In this document: one piece after another, positions 45,851 to 54,717 of the stretch | How positions within the stretch are numbered: the first letter of the stretch is position 1 | How the letters are laid out: every line of letters begins with the position of its first letter | Assembly: GCA_944377365.1 (NCBI GenBank) | Contig: CALWEQ010000010.1 | Location: 70,455 to 134,454, forward strand | DNA length: 64,000 nt | Direction of reading: 5' to 3' | DNA from: an uncultured Clostridia bacterium | Lineage (GTDB): Bacteria > Bacillota > Clostridia > Christensenellales > UBA1242 | The notes under the pieces: generated by a model | The model's database searches: none | Seen by the model: the letters and a program-made list of their open reading frames with translations, nothing else | Told to the model about the DNA's origin: nothing | Made by a program: the position numbers and the translations under genes

Positions 45851-46329
45851 TTTTTCTCCTCTTCTGGCAAAGAAACAGGAATTTTAAACTTTCCTGTGCA
45901 AACAAAAATTATATCCAAAATCCACATGACTCCATAAATTCCAACAAACAAACCAAACAACTGAATTAACAAACCATCCCAAACATTGACAAGATAAGCG
46001 TTTAAAACAACACTAATTGTAAGTAAGGCGAAACCTATTAAGTAAAAGATGCCTCTCTGCCAGCGTTTAACATAAAAATAACCTCCGCCAAACAGGCCGA
46101 ATAAAACTGTAAACAAAATTAGCTTCCATTTTTTTAAATCAGGTGGAACTTGATTGACGTACAAAACCGCGTCTTTTTCTTTGTTTTTAAGCCTTTGCCA
46201 ACCTGCCTTGTTTGTCGCATTTTCCATACGCGAAAAAACCAGTCCGCACTCTGGACATCGAAGCTGACTTAGTAAACACTTTGCCTCACATCTTGGGCAC
46301 TTTTTTGTGTCACGACCTAACATAGACAT
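45847..46329 (-). CDS. zinc-ribbon plus TM2-like membrane protein
   Basis: CPRCEAKC...CPECG N-terminus, then FGLFGGGYFYVKRWQRGIFYL and two or three TM helices. Confidence 0.55.
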   Translation of the reverse strand: MSMLGRDTKKCPRCEAKCLLSQLRCPECGLVFSRMENATNKAGWQRLKNKEKDAVLYVNQVPPDLKKWKLILFTVLFGLFGGGYFYVKRWQRGIFYLIGFALLTISVVLNAYLVNVWDGLLIQLFGLFVGIYGVMWILDIIFVCTGKFKIPVSLPEEEKK

Positions 46330-46335
46330 ATGTTA

Positions 46336-46364
46336 ATTTTAATTAATTTAAAAATAATTGTCAA
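46336..46364 (-). promoter_or_regulatory. consensus promoter abutting the start of the zinc-ribbon/TM2 gene (leaderless candidate)
   Basis: TTGACA (46364-46359, overlapping the cyclase stop), 17 nt, TAAAAT (46341-46336), 6 nt, ATG (46329). No SD. Confidence 0.6.
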
Positions 46365-47773
46365 GAAATATTTTGCTCGATTTTATCACTTGCTTTGTTA
46401 AAGTAAACATAAGAGGCTTTGTCATCAGAAACATACTTTAAAACTTCTCTAAAACATGATTTTGCTTTTAAAAACTCTCCCTCATGAAAACATCTTACTC
46501 CATCTTCAAAATTACGTTTTAAATGCATTAGCCTGTCCTTTTTTCTTCTTGGATAAACTTCGAGGTTTTCAAATAAAGAAGTCTTGTCTCCGTTTTCTAA
46601 TGTCAAAGAGCCTATGTTTCTGTATGCAAATTGGTATTTGGCTGGTAGCTCGTTTAACGTTTCTTTTGAAAAAACAACTTTTGTGCCCATAAGCAAATTT
46701 ATATCTTCCATTTTGGTCGCTAAATTTACAACATCCGAAATAACTGTCGGACTTTTTCGTTGCTGTTCACCGACAACCCCAAACATTATTTCTCCAGTAT
46801 GAATTGATATTCTGACATTGATGTTTGGCAAACTTTTTTGACTGTGGTTTTTAATTTCTATTGCTCTGCAAACGGCCGTCGAACATTCTAAAGCATTTTC
46901 AGGTCTAGAAAACACAGCTAGTATTCCATCGCCCAAGTACTTGTCAATGAAGCCATCATATTTGCGTATAATTGGCGACACAACATTAAAATAAGAATTA
47001 ATAAAATTAAAATTTTCTTCAAGCGACAATGACAACTTTTGCTTGTCTAGGCTTGATATATCGCAAAAAAAGGTAGTTGCATTTTTTTGCACTTGATTTC
47101 CAAGTTCTAATTCTGTAATAGAGTTTTTGCCAAGAAATTTCAAAAATTCTCTTGGTATAAATTTTTGCGCTTCGAGGTCGGTTTGTTTTACTAAATTTTC
47201 CTTTTCTTTGTAATTGTAATTAATTTTTTCAAGTGCAGACTCAATCGTTTTAAATTGTTTAGAATTTCCTACTTCAAAGCTTTCCTCTTTGACTCTGCCA
47301 TCACTTAAACGCCTCGTAATTTTTTCTACCCTTTGAACAGGCATACATAGATAAGCATAAATCAAAAAAACAACTAACAGATAAATGAGAGTGATAAGCA
47401 CACACCATAACAACGCATTAAATGTAGAATTTATTTTTAACACGTTTCTTAAAAAACTTGCTATTTCACCATCAAGTGTTCTTGCACTAGCAATCAAAAA
47501 CAAAGCGAAAGCATATGAAATGGTTATTGGAAAAGTAGCAAAAAAAATTGCTCTAGAAAGTTTTAAACTTTTTAAAAATCTTGCATACAAAATCATACCG
47601 AATATTGTGTTTAAAGCTATCATTACTAGCCCTGCAATGTTGTAAGCATTAAAAACATAAAAAAAGTTCGTTCCTGAAAAGTTTATACCTTCTATAACCC
47701 ATTTAGATAGCACGATGCCAGCAATCATTGTAATAATAAACAACACGGAATAAAGTTTTGTTGAAAAGCGCAT
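46361..47773 (-). CDS. membrane-bound class III adenylate cyclase (TM bundle, HAMP-like linker, cyclase domain, TPR-like tail)
   Basis: FFCDISS, KYLGDGILAVF, RISIHTGEIMFGVVG and VISDVVNLATKME. Lys plus Thr at the specificity positions suggests ATP. ATG 47773 after AGAGGTG. Confidence 0.8.
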   Translation of the reverse strand: MRFSTKLYSVLFIITMIAGIVLSKWVIEGINFSGTNFFYVFNAYNIAGLVMIALNTIFGMILYARFLKSLKLSRAIFFATFPITISYAFALFLIASARTLDGEIASFLRNVLKINSTFNALLWCVLITLIYLLVVFLIYAYLCMPVQRVEKITRRLSDGRVKEESFEVGNSKQFKTIESALEKINYNYKEKENLVKQTDLEAQKFIPREFLKFLGKNSITELELGNQVQKNATTFFCDISSLDKQKLSLSLEENFNFINSYFNVVSPIIRKYDGFIDKYLGDGILAVFSRPENALECSTAVCRAIEIKNHSQKSLPNINVRISIHTGEIMFGVVGEQQRKSPTVISDVVNLATKMEDINLLMGTKVVFSKETLNELPAKYQFAYRNIGSLTLENGDKTSLFENLEVYPRRKKDRLMHLKRNFEDGVRCFHEGEFLKAKSCFREVLKYVSDDKASYVYFNKASDKIEQNIS

Positions 47774-47875
47774 AATCACCTCTAAAAAATATTTTGAGAA
47801 ATTTAAAAAAATGTATGCGTAATCTGCATACAAAATTTTTTTTGGGATAAAACTATTTTCAAAAAGGAGAAATGT

Positions 47876-48319
47876 ATGGACAGAAATGAACTTTTACAAA
47901 ATTATGTTAATGCAATTTATCAAAACATAAATGCAGGTTTACAGGCTATTGAAGACATATTACCAAAAATACAAGATGACAATTTAAAAAATCTTGTTGC
48001 CGAAATACAAGACAAATATTATTCGCTTTCTAAAGAATGTGAAGTTTATGCAAAAAGTGAAGACATTAAAGGCATAAAAGATAATAGTTGGCTTGAAAAA
48101 GTAAAAATGTGGATGAGTGTAAACATGTCCACTATGACAGACAAATCTAATAGAAAAATATCTGAACTATTGATATTGGGCTCTTTTATGGGATATATAA
48201 CTTGCATAAAAGATGCATCCGACCATAAAAACATCTCCATTGAACTCGACGAAATTTTAGAAAAATTAAAAAACTTTCAAAAATCAAATATCGAAAGTCT
48301 TTTACCATATTTAAGCTAA
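47876..48319 (+). CDS. hypothetical helical protein, 147 aa
   Basis: SD AAAGGAGA. No motif recognised. Confidence 0.55.
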   Translation: MDRNELLQNYVNAIYQNINAGLQAIEDILPKIQDDNLKNLVAEIQDKYYSLSKECEVYAKSEDIKGIKDNSWLEKVKMWMSVNMSTMTDKSNRKISELLILGSFMGYITCIKDASDHKNISIELDEILEKLKNFQKSNIESLLPYLS

Positions 48320-49152
48320 ATGTCAAGTTGACTTAGTTTGGTAGTAATAGGGTGCTTCAAACAAAGAGAAAGCACCTTTTTTTCTGTCAATATAACGGTT
48401 TTACCGTTGTCCTGCACCAGACAAAAAATAGTCAACTTCGCGCTATCAACAGCCCTCATCAATTCACCAATACTTGACTGTTCATTCACAGCAAGAAATT
48501 TTACTGAGGAAAAATTTTTAATCTTTTTCTTAAAAACATCTGTTAGCTGATATTCGCCTTCCATTTTACTTTCTATCATACCTCCCAATAAAAATACGAT
48601 CATAAGCGCAAAGGTCGGATTGTAATTGACAAAACAAGTGACAACAAAACATATGGCAAAAACAAAACAAAAAACTATGTTGACAAAACGCACGACTTTT
48701 AAAGCTTTTTTTCTTGAAATTTTTTCGCTTAAGAGTCCAACCATCACCCTACCGCCATCTAATGGATAAGCAGGCAGAAGATTGAATAATGCTAGCCCCA
48801 TGCTTAAATCCACAAACTCAGACGTGTAAAAATATGTTTCAGGAAAAATCCACCAGTTTGCCACAATAACAATGCAAAATAATATATTTGAGATCGGCCC
48901 AGCGAGTGCAATTTTTATTTCATCTTTACCAAGAAATTTAGAATCTTTGTAGTTTAAGGCGACACCATAAGGTGCTAAATAAAAACTTGATAATTTATAT
49001 TTCAATTTTTTTGCTACAAGATAATGCCCCATCTCATGAACTAGTAAACAAAATATTAAAATAAAAAAAAGCAATGTTTGTCCAGTGACAGCAAACCAAA
49101 TAAAGACTAAATAAAAGCTTGGATGAATAGGAATTTTTTTTAATATCCGCAT
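48316..49152 (-). CDS. spoIVFB: M50 site-2 metalloprotease, SpoIVFB-like
   Basis: HEMGHYLVAKK, NLLPAYPLDGGRV, and a C-terminal CBS-like module. Size and layout match SpoIVFB. Confidence 0.65.
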   Translation of the reverse strand: MRILKKIPIHPSFYLVFIWFAVTGQTLLFFILIFCLLVHEMGHYLVAKKLKYKLSSFYLAPYGVALNYKDSKFLGKDEIKIALAGPISNILFCIVIVANWWIFPETYFYTSEFVDLSMGLALFNLLPAYPLDGGRVMVGLLSEKISRKKALKVVRFVNIVFCFVFAICFVVTCFVNYNPTFALMIVFLLGGMIESKMEGEYQLTDVFKKKIKNFSSVKFLAVNEQSSIGELMRAVDSAKLTIFCLVQDNGKTVILTEKKVLSLCLKHPITTKLSQLDI

Positions 49153-49312
49153 AAATGCATCACCACCAAAACAATAAGTGCTGTCGAAAAAGCCAAGATT
49201 AAAAAAAACACCGCTTTTCTCATACTAAATTTTCTTTTATACTCAATTTTCATAATTTAGATATATGAGAAAAGTGGCAAAAATAGAAATTTTATGACAA
49301 AAAAGTTATTTA

Positions 49313-49945
49313 TTAAGCGTTCTCTTCTTTTTCGTCTTCAAATTGAAAATCATCGACATTTTTAAACAATGAATCATTTTGTTCTAATTCATCTTCTTCG
49401 TTGTGTAAAACCTTTATGCGTTCCATAAGTTCGTCATAATCAGGCAAAGATTCAATTGACTCGACGTTAAATCGCTTCAAAAAAGCTTCAGTTGTTCCAA
49501 ACATGAGCGGTCTACCCACGGCGTCTTTTCTTCCAACGATTTCAATCATGTTTTGATCCAAAAGCGCCTGAGTCGCATAATCACAATTGACCCTGCGAAT
49601 GTCTTCTATTTCAAGTTTTGTGACAGGTTGTTTGTAAGCAATGATCGCCAAAGTCTCTAAAGCTGCGCGAGTCAGAGATTTTTCTCTCACAGGGCTCAAC
49701 ACATCAGAAATGTAAGAAGCAAAGTTTGGATTTGATGAAAATTGAACTTTGTTTTTGTAACGAATTAAATGAATTCCATTTTCCGCAGAACACTCATCTT
49801 CAAGTTCCTTTAAAACTTTTTCCAATTTTTTTAAGTCGACATCAAGCTTTTGTGCTAAATATTCTTTTTCTACTCCTTCACCTGCAACAAACAAAATTGC
49901 TCTTACAACTTCTTTTAAATTAAATGTCGTGTCTAATGTACCCAT
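49313..49945 (-). CDS. scpB: segregation and condensation protein B
   Basis: AILFVAGEGV...LETLAIIAYKQPVTKLEIEDIR...GRPLMFGTT motifs. Confidence 0.9.
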   Translation of the reverse strand: MGTLDTTFNLKEVVRAILFVAGEGVEKEYLAQKLDVDLKKLEKVLKELEDECSAENGIHLIRYKNKVQFSSNPNFASYISDVLSPVREKSLTRAALETLAIIAYKQPVTKLEIEDIRRVNCDYATQALLDQNMIEIVGRKDAVGRPLMFGTTEAFLKRFNVESIESLPDYDELMERIKVLHNEEDELEQNDSLFKNVDDFQFEDEKEENA

Positions 49946-49946
49946 A

Positions 49947-50696
49947 CTAATTCACCTCGTTTGAAATAATGTGTATTTGATCAAATATACCAGCCTGCTC
50001 TACTCTGACTGCTTGTAATTTTAACAAATCCAATAATGCTAAAAAGATGTTAATCATTTCACTCTTTGTCATGTCGCTAACAAACAAGTCTTCAAATTCA
50101 AATCTTTTATGCTCGCGTGCATAGTCTCTAATAGAAACAATTTTTTCAGCCACTGTAAACCTGTCTTTAACAATTTTCTTAGGAGGTGGAGCTTCTTTTT
50201 GTCGTAAGCTCTGTTTTGCTAAAAGATTTGCAAAGGCATCTAAAAGTTTGTCAAGCACCATGTCCTTTACAACTATTTTAACCTTTTCAGTTTCTTCTCC
50301 AGGTGCTCTGTAAAACTTGTTTATATCCTCCCTATCTTTTAACGAAACGCCAATTTCCTTAAACAATTCATATTCCTTCAATCGTCTAAGCAAAAGGGCT
50401 TCACTGTCCTCTTCTTCCTCATTTTCATTCTCTTCTAAAACAGGCAACAAGTGCTTTGATTTAATTTCGACAAGTGTTGCAGCAACAGTTATAAATTCAC
50501 TAGCCCTTTCCATATCAACCGAAGAAAGATCTTGCATGTATTCAAGATATTGTTCAGTCACATCAGCAAGTTTTACTTCCATGATGTCTAATTTTGCAGA
50601 TTTAATAAGATGCAACAAAAGATCGAGTGGTCCCTCGAAATTTTCTAATTTAAAACGGACTTTGTCATCTAAAAAATTGAGCTGTTCATTTTCCAT
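49947..50696 (-). CDS. scpA: segregation and condensation protein A
   Basis: FEGPLDLLLHLIK motif, kleisin layout. Precedes scpB. Confidence 0.9.
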   Translation of the reverse strand: MENEQLNFLDDKVRFKLENFEGPLDLLLHLIKSAKLDIMEVKLADVTEQYLEYMQDLSSVDMERASEFITVAATLVEIKSKHLLPVLEENENEEEEDSEALLLRRLKEYELFKEIGVSLKDREDINKFYRAPGEETEKVKIVVKDMVLDKLLDAFANLLAKQSLRQKEAPPPKKIVKDRFTVAEKIVSIRDYAREHKRFEFEDLFVSDMTKSEMINIFLALLDLLKLQAVRVEQAGIFDQIHIISNEVN

Positions 50697-50704
50697 ACTT
50701 TTTT

Positions 50705-50732
50705 AGTATATCAAAATAAAAATATTTTTCAA
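50705..50732 (-). promoter_or_regulatory. promoter close to the scpA start (near-leaderless candidate)
   Basis: TTGAAA (50732-50727), 16 nt, TGA-TATACT (50710-50705), 8 nt, ATG (50696). No SD. Confidence 0.45.
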
Positions 50733-50758
50733 AGAAAAAACCCGAAAATTTCGGGCTT
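50733..50758 (-). terminator. terminator after the DD-carboxypeptidase gene
   Basis: CCCGAA/TTCGGG stem, then T6 on the minus strand. Confidence 0.7.
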
Positions 50759-50763
50759 TTCTA

Positions 50764-51909
50764 CTACCATTTTTCAGTAATTTTTCTTAACGTGTCAATG
50801 TATCCAAGTTTTTCTACAGAATCACGTATGACAAGGTCAATCTCTTTGGTTACTACACCATTTTTAGATACTACAATTTTCCCAACAACGTCACCTTGAT
50901 TTAATGGTGCTTTAATTGATTTTGAATAATCATAATCTACTTTATAAGGATTTTCTTCATTCTTTTTTATTAAGACAGTGTAATTTTGGCTTGGATAAAC
51001 ATCTATTTGTTGTTTTTTGCCTTTAACTATGCTGGATTGACCAACTACATCAGCTTCGTTAATTAAACATATGTTTTCAAAATTTACAAAACCGTAATTA
51101 AAAAGTTGTGAGCATTCATTAAATCTTGTTTGGCTGTCTTTTGCCCCTACTATTACTGCAATCAAACGCATATCATCTCGCTTGGCTGTTGCTGAAAGAC
51201 AACATCCAGCTTCATTTGTTGACCCAGTTTTACCACCATCACAACCACTGTAATATCTGATTAACCTGTTTGTGTTTGTGAGTCCTGTTTTTCTTCCAGA
51301 TGGATGAATTAGATCTTCCATCCAAATTGTGCTGTAATTATGATATATCTCATGCTTGCAAAGTTCACCTAAAACTATTGCACTGTCGTAAGCTGAGGAA
51401 TAACCTTCTGGTGCCGGCAATCCAGTACAGTTGACATAATGAGTGTCATTCATGGAGAGTTCATTTGCGCGTTTGTTCATTCTTTTAACAAAATTTGTTT
51501 CGCTTCCACTGATGTGTTCCGCAAGAGCTACACTAGCATCGTTGGCTGAAGCGATGATGACACTTTTAAGCAAATCTTCAACGCTGTATTCAACATATGG
51601 ATCTATAAAAACTTGAGAACCTCCCATGCCTGAGGCATTTTCACTTGTTGTAACCATATCATCAAGTTTTAATTCTCCGCTCTCAATATCTTCAACTGTC
51701 AAAAGTATTGTCATCATTTTAACCATGCTTGCGATAGGTACTTTTGCATGCGAGTTTTTTTCAAACAAAACTTCCTGTGATCCAAAATCAACTAAACAAG
51801 CAGATTTTGAGCTAATTTCATTTGATGCATAAACTATAGCTGGTGTCGAACTACAACATATTGATAGTATAACAGCAGAAATAACACTAAATGCAAGAAA
51901 TTTTTTCAT
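50764..51909 (-). CDS. dacB: D-alanyl-D-alanine carboxypeptidase (S11, PBP5-type)
   Basis: Signal peptide, SMVKMMT (SxxK), SANDA (SxN), KTGST (KTG). ATG 51909 after AAAGGAGA. Confidence 0.85.
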   Translation of the reverse strand: MKKFLAFSVISAVILSICCSSTPAIVYASNEISSKSACLVDFGSQEVLFEKNSHAKVPIASMVKMMTILLTVEDIESGELKLDDMVTTSENASGMGGSQVFIDPYVEYSVEDLLKSVIIASANDASVALAEHISGSETNFVKRMNKRANELSMNDTHYVNCTGLPAPEGYSSAYDSAIVLGELCKHEIYHNYSTIWMEDLIHPSGRKTGLTNTNRLIRYYSGCDGGKTGSTNEAGCCLSATAKRDDMRLIAVIVGAKDSQTRFNECSQLFNYGFVNFENICLINEADVVGQSSIVKGKKQQIDVYPSQNYTVLIKKNEENPYKVDYDYSKSIKAPLNQGDVVGKIVVSKNGVVTKEIDLVIRDSVEKLGYIDTLRKITEKW

Positions 51910-51985
51910 TTCTATTCTCCTTTTCAAAAATAGTTTTTTCGAAAAAGAGTTTTTTATGCGTGTTTACTAAAAATCAAATCTTGTG

Positions 51986-52585
51986 TTAAATTACCAAAAT
52001 CACACTTGAAGAAAATACAAATAATAAAATTGTTTCAATCAAATTGAATAAGATAATAATTAGATAAAAAGATAACAAAATTTTAAAAACGCTTCCCCTT
52101 CCATATCCAAAACATAAAGAACGAGATTTGGTGAGCAATGCATAGAGCAATACAAAACCGATAAGCATACCGATTTGACAAGGAATAACAATGATTATTG
52201 CATCGATAACACCAGACAGCCCAAAGCTTGAGCATAGGATAGAAATGTTAAACCCTAAAAGATAAGCACGAAAACCTATTAAAGCAACTCCCAACGGGAA
52301 AAGCCATTTGTTTAAAGATAAAACAAAAATTATGCCTGTTACTATTGTTATTGAAAACGTCCTTGAAAAAAATGCTCCAAATCCATCTCCTGCGCCTTTA
52401 AACGACAGCAAATATTCATCACCTGGATATGAATAAGGATTTGAAGAAAACAAAACAATCCCCGCAACAAAACAAATCAAAACAATAACTGAAATCAGCC
52501 ATATCCTTCCCTTACATTCCGAAAACTTTGATGCCAAGTTCATCTTAAATCGTGAAAATAAGGATCTTGATTTAAAATTAGTCAT
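51986..52585 (-). CDS. polytopic membrane protein, SpoIIM-like
   Basis: 199 aa, 5 TMs. The pattern IGFRAYLLGFN...VIPCQIGMLIG loosely parallels SpoIIM. Confidence 0.4.
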   Translation of the reverse strand: MTNFKSRSLFSRFKMNLASKFSECKGRIWLISVIVLICFVAGIVLFSSNPYSYPGDEYLLSFKGAGDGFGAFFSRTFSITIVTGIIFVLSLNKWLFPLGVALIGFRAYLLGFNISILCSSFGLSGVIDAIIIVIPCQIGMLIGFVLLYALLTKSRSLCFGYGRGSVFKILLSFYLIIILFNLIETILLFVFSSSVILVI

Positions 52586-52643
52586 ACACTAATTTACGAG
52601 CATTTTCTACAAAAAAGAACATCTTTGTTTATTTGATTCGGAG

Positions 52644-53846
52644 TTAAACTTCATCAATTAGTTTTTCAGCCACCATCTTGACGTGTTCGTAAGTTAACCC
52701 GCCCTGAAAATATGCAATGTATGGTGGTCTGATAGGGCCATCACATGACAGCTCTATTGATGAACCTGCTACAAAAGTCCCTGCCGCCATAATGACTTGA
52801 TCGTTGTAACCTGGCATGTCCCATGGGAAAGGCACCGCGAAAGAATCAACTGGCGAATATTTTTGAACTATTTGCACAAATTTGATAAGTTTTTCTTTGT
52901 CATTAAATATTATGCTTCGAACAATATCGCTGTTTTGTTCATCTGTTGAAGGCAAAGCTTTAAAACCTTTCTCTTCCATTATTTTGCCAATTAACAAGCT
53001 TCCTTTCATAGCTTGGGCGACTGTGTGAGGAGCCATAAACAATCCCTGAAAAAAGCTTCGATAAGTGTTTTCATAGCTTCCCACCTCTGTTGACAAAGAT
53101 GGGCAAGTAAACCTTTTCGCTATTAAATCGACCGCTTCCGTCTTGCCTGCTATATAACCGCCTGTAGGAGCAAGACCTCCTCCAGCATTTTTTATTAATG
53201 AACCCATGACAACATCAGCACCTACCTGCGTTGGCTCTAATTTTTCAACAAACTCACCATAACAGTTGTCAACCAAAATCCAGCATTTTGGACAAATAGT
53301 TTTAACATATGCGCAAGCTCTTTCGATTTGAGAAATGCTAAGCGCTTTTCTTGAACTATAGCCCTTTGAACGTTGCAAGTAAATGACTTTAGGTTTAAGT
53401 TTTTTTAATTTTTTTTGAAGATTAGCATAGTCAATTTCATTATTTAAAAGGTCTAACTGTTCGACTTTTATTTTAAAATCTTCCAAACTGCCGTTTCCTT
53501 TTCCATACAAAGTGTCAGTCAATGTGTCATATGGTTTGCCTGTTATTGAAAGCATAGTGTCGCCTGGTCTTAACAAGCCATATAGTGCAATTGAAATCGC
53601 ATGTGTTCCACAAGTTATTATTGGACTAATAAGTGCTCTTTCAGTTCCAAATATTTTCGCAAAAAGTCGTGCTAAATTATCTCTGCCCTGATCGTCATAA
53701 CCATAGCCTGTCGAACAGCTAAACATTGAATTTGAAATTCGACATTCACGAAAAGCTTCAACAACTTTTTTCTGGTTAAAAAAAGCAATTTCATCTATGT
53801 CTTTAAATTTATTTGATAATTGGTTTTCTATCTCATTTATTGTCAT
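52644..53846 (-). CDS. ynbB: PLP-dependent aluminium-resistance/YnbB family protein (Met gamma-lyase-like)
   Basis: STGYGYDDQGRD...CGTHAISIAL pattern. Position downstream of miaA as in many Firmicutes. Confidence 0.7.
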   Translation of the reverse strand: MTINEIENQLSNKFKDIDEIAFFNQKKVVEAFRECRISNSMFSCSTGYGYDDQGRDNLARLFAKIFGTERALISPIITCGTHAISIALYGLLRPGDTMLSITGKPYDTLTDTLYGKGNGSLEDFKIKVEQLDLLNNEIDYANLQKKLKKLKPKVIYLQRSKGYSSRKALSISQIERACAYVKTICPKCWILVDNCYGEFVEKLEPTQVGADVVMGSLIKNAGGGLAPTGGYIAGKTEAVDLIAKRFTCPSLSTEVGSYENTYRSFFQGLFMAPHTVAQAMKGSLLIGKIMEEKGFKALPSTDEQNSDIVRSIIFNDKEKLIKFVQIVQKYSPVDSFAVPFPWDMPGYNDQVIMAAGTFVAGSSIELSCDGPIRPPYIAYFQGGLTYEHVKMVAEKLIDEV

Positions 53847-54717
53847 AAAATTCCTCCACCAAGCTTATGATTTTACTTTCATCACTTCTCAAAACCTGAT
53901 GACAATTTAAACTACGAATAAATGTCATCTGTCGTTTTGCATAGTTTCTCGTGTGTTGCTTTATAAGGTCTATTGCTTCGTCAAGATTTATTTCTCCGTC
54001 AAGATATGACAAAATTTCTTTATATCCTATTGCACTCATAGATTGGTCAGCTTTTGTTAAACCCTGCCTTTTTAATCTTTTTACTTCATCTACTAAGCCA
54101 CTTTCCATCATTTTGTCAACTCGTAAATTGATTTTTTCATACAACTGCTCTCTTGGGCATGTGAGCGCTAAAACTAAAAATTGCATATTCGGTTTTTCTT
54201 TTGCAACACTTTTCCCTTCAATAGCAATTTGGACTGCTCTAATAAGGCGACGTTTGTTTTTTAAATCAATTTCATCAACTTTTTCAGGAGCAAGTTCTTT
54301 TAGTTTTTCAACAAGCTCTTGCTCTGAAAGTTTTTCCAGGTTTTTGCGAAGCTCAGTGTTTTCACCATCTCCGCCAAAATCATAACCTTCTGTTAAAGCT
54401 TTAACATAAAGCGCAGTCCCACCGACAATGATTGGCAATTTTCCTCTTAACGAAATTTCATCAATTAACTGTTTTGTAAGTTTAACGTAATCAAAAACAG
54501 AAAATCTTTCATTAGGATTTAAAATGTCAATTGCATGATGTTTGACCATCTCTTGTTCTTTTTTTGAAACCTTTGCTGAGCCTATATCTAATCCTCGAAA
54601 AACCTGAACTGAATCTGCAGATATGATTTCGCCATCAAACATTTGTGCTAGTTTAATGGCAACCTCACTTTTACCAACACCTGTTGGCCCAAGAATAAAA
54701 AGAACCTTGTTCATCAC
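53833..54717 (-). CDS. miaA: tRNA dimethylallyltransferase
   Basis: ILGPTGVGKS P-loop, VGGTALY, YAKRQMTF. Confidence 0.95.
   Translation of the reverse strand: MMNKVLFILGPTGVGKSEVAIKLAQMFDGEIISADSVQVFRGLDIGSAKVSKKEQEMVKHHAIDILNPNERFSVFDYVKLTKQLIDEISLRGKLPIIVGGTALYVKALTEGYDFGGDGENTELRKNLEKLSEQELVEKLKELAPEKVDEIDLKNKRRLIRAVQIAIEGKSVAKEKPNMQFLVLALTCPREQLYEKINLRVDKMMESGLVDEVKRLKRQGLTKADQSMSAIGYKEILSYLDGEINLDEAIDLIKQHTRNYAKRQMTFIRSLNCHQVLRSDESKIISLVEEFYDNK

Noticed and set aside
45847-47773. Cyclase plus small membrane protein as a Pycsar- or CBASS-like antiphage pair
   Set aside because: The cyclase is a TM-HAMP signalling type with ATP-type specificity residues. The neighbour has no cNMP-binding, TIR or other effector domain and has its own promoter. 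The context (mnmA) is housekeeping.
52586-52620. Leaderless promoter for the SpoIIM-like gene
   Set aside because: TAAATT lies 5 nt before the ATG, but no -35 sits at proper spacing. Too weak.
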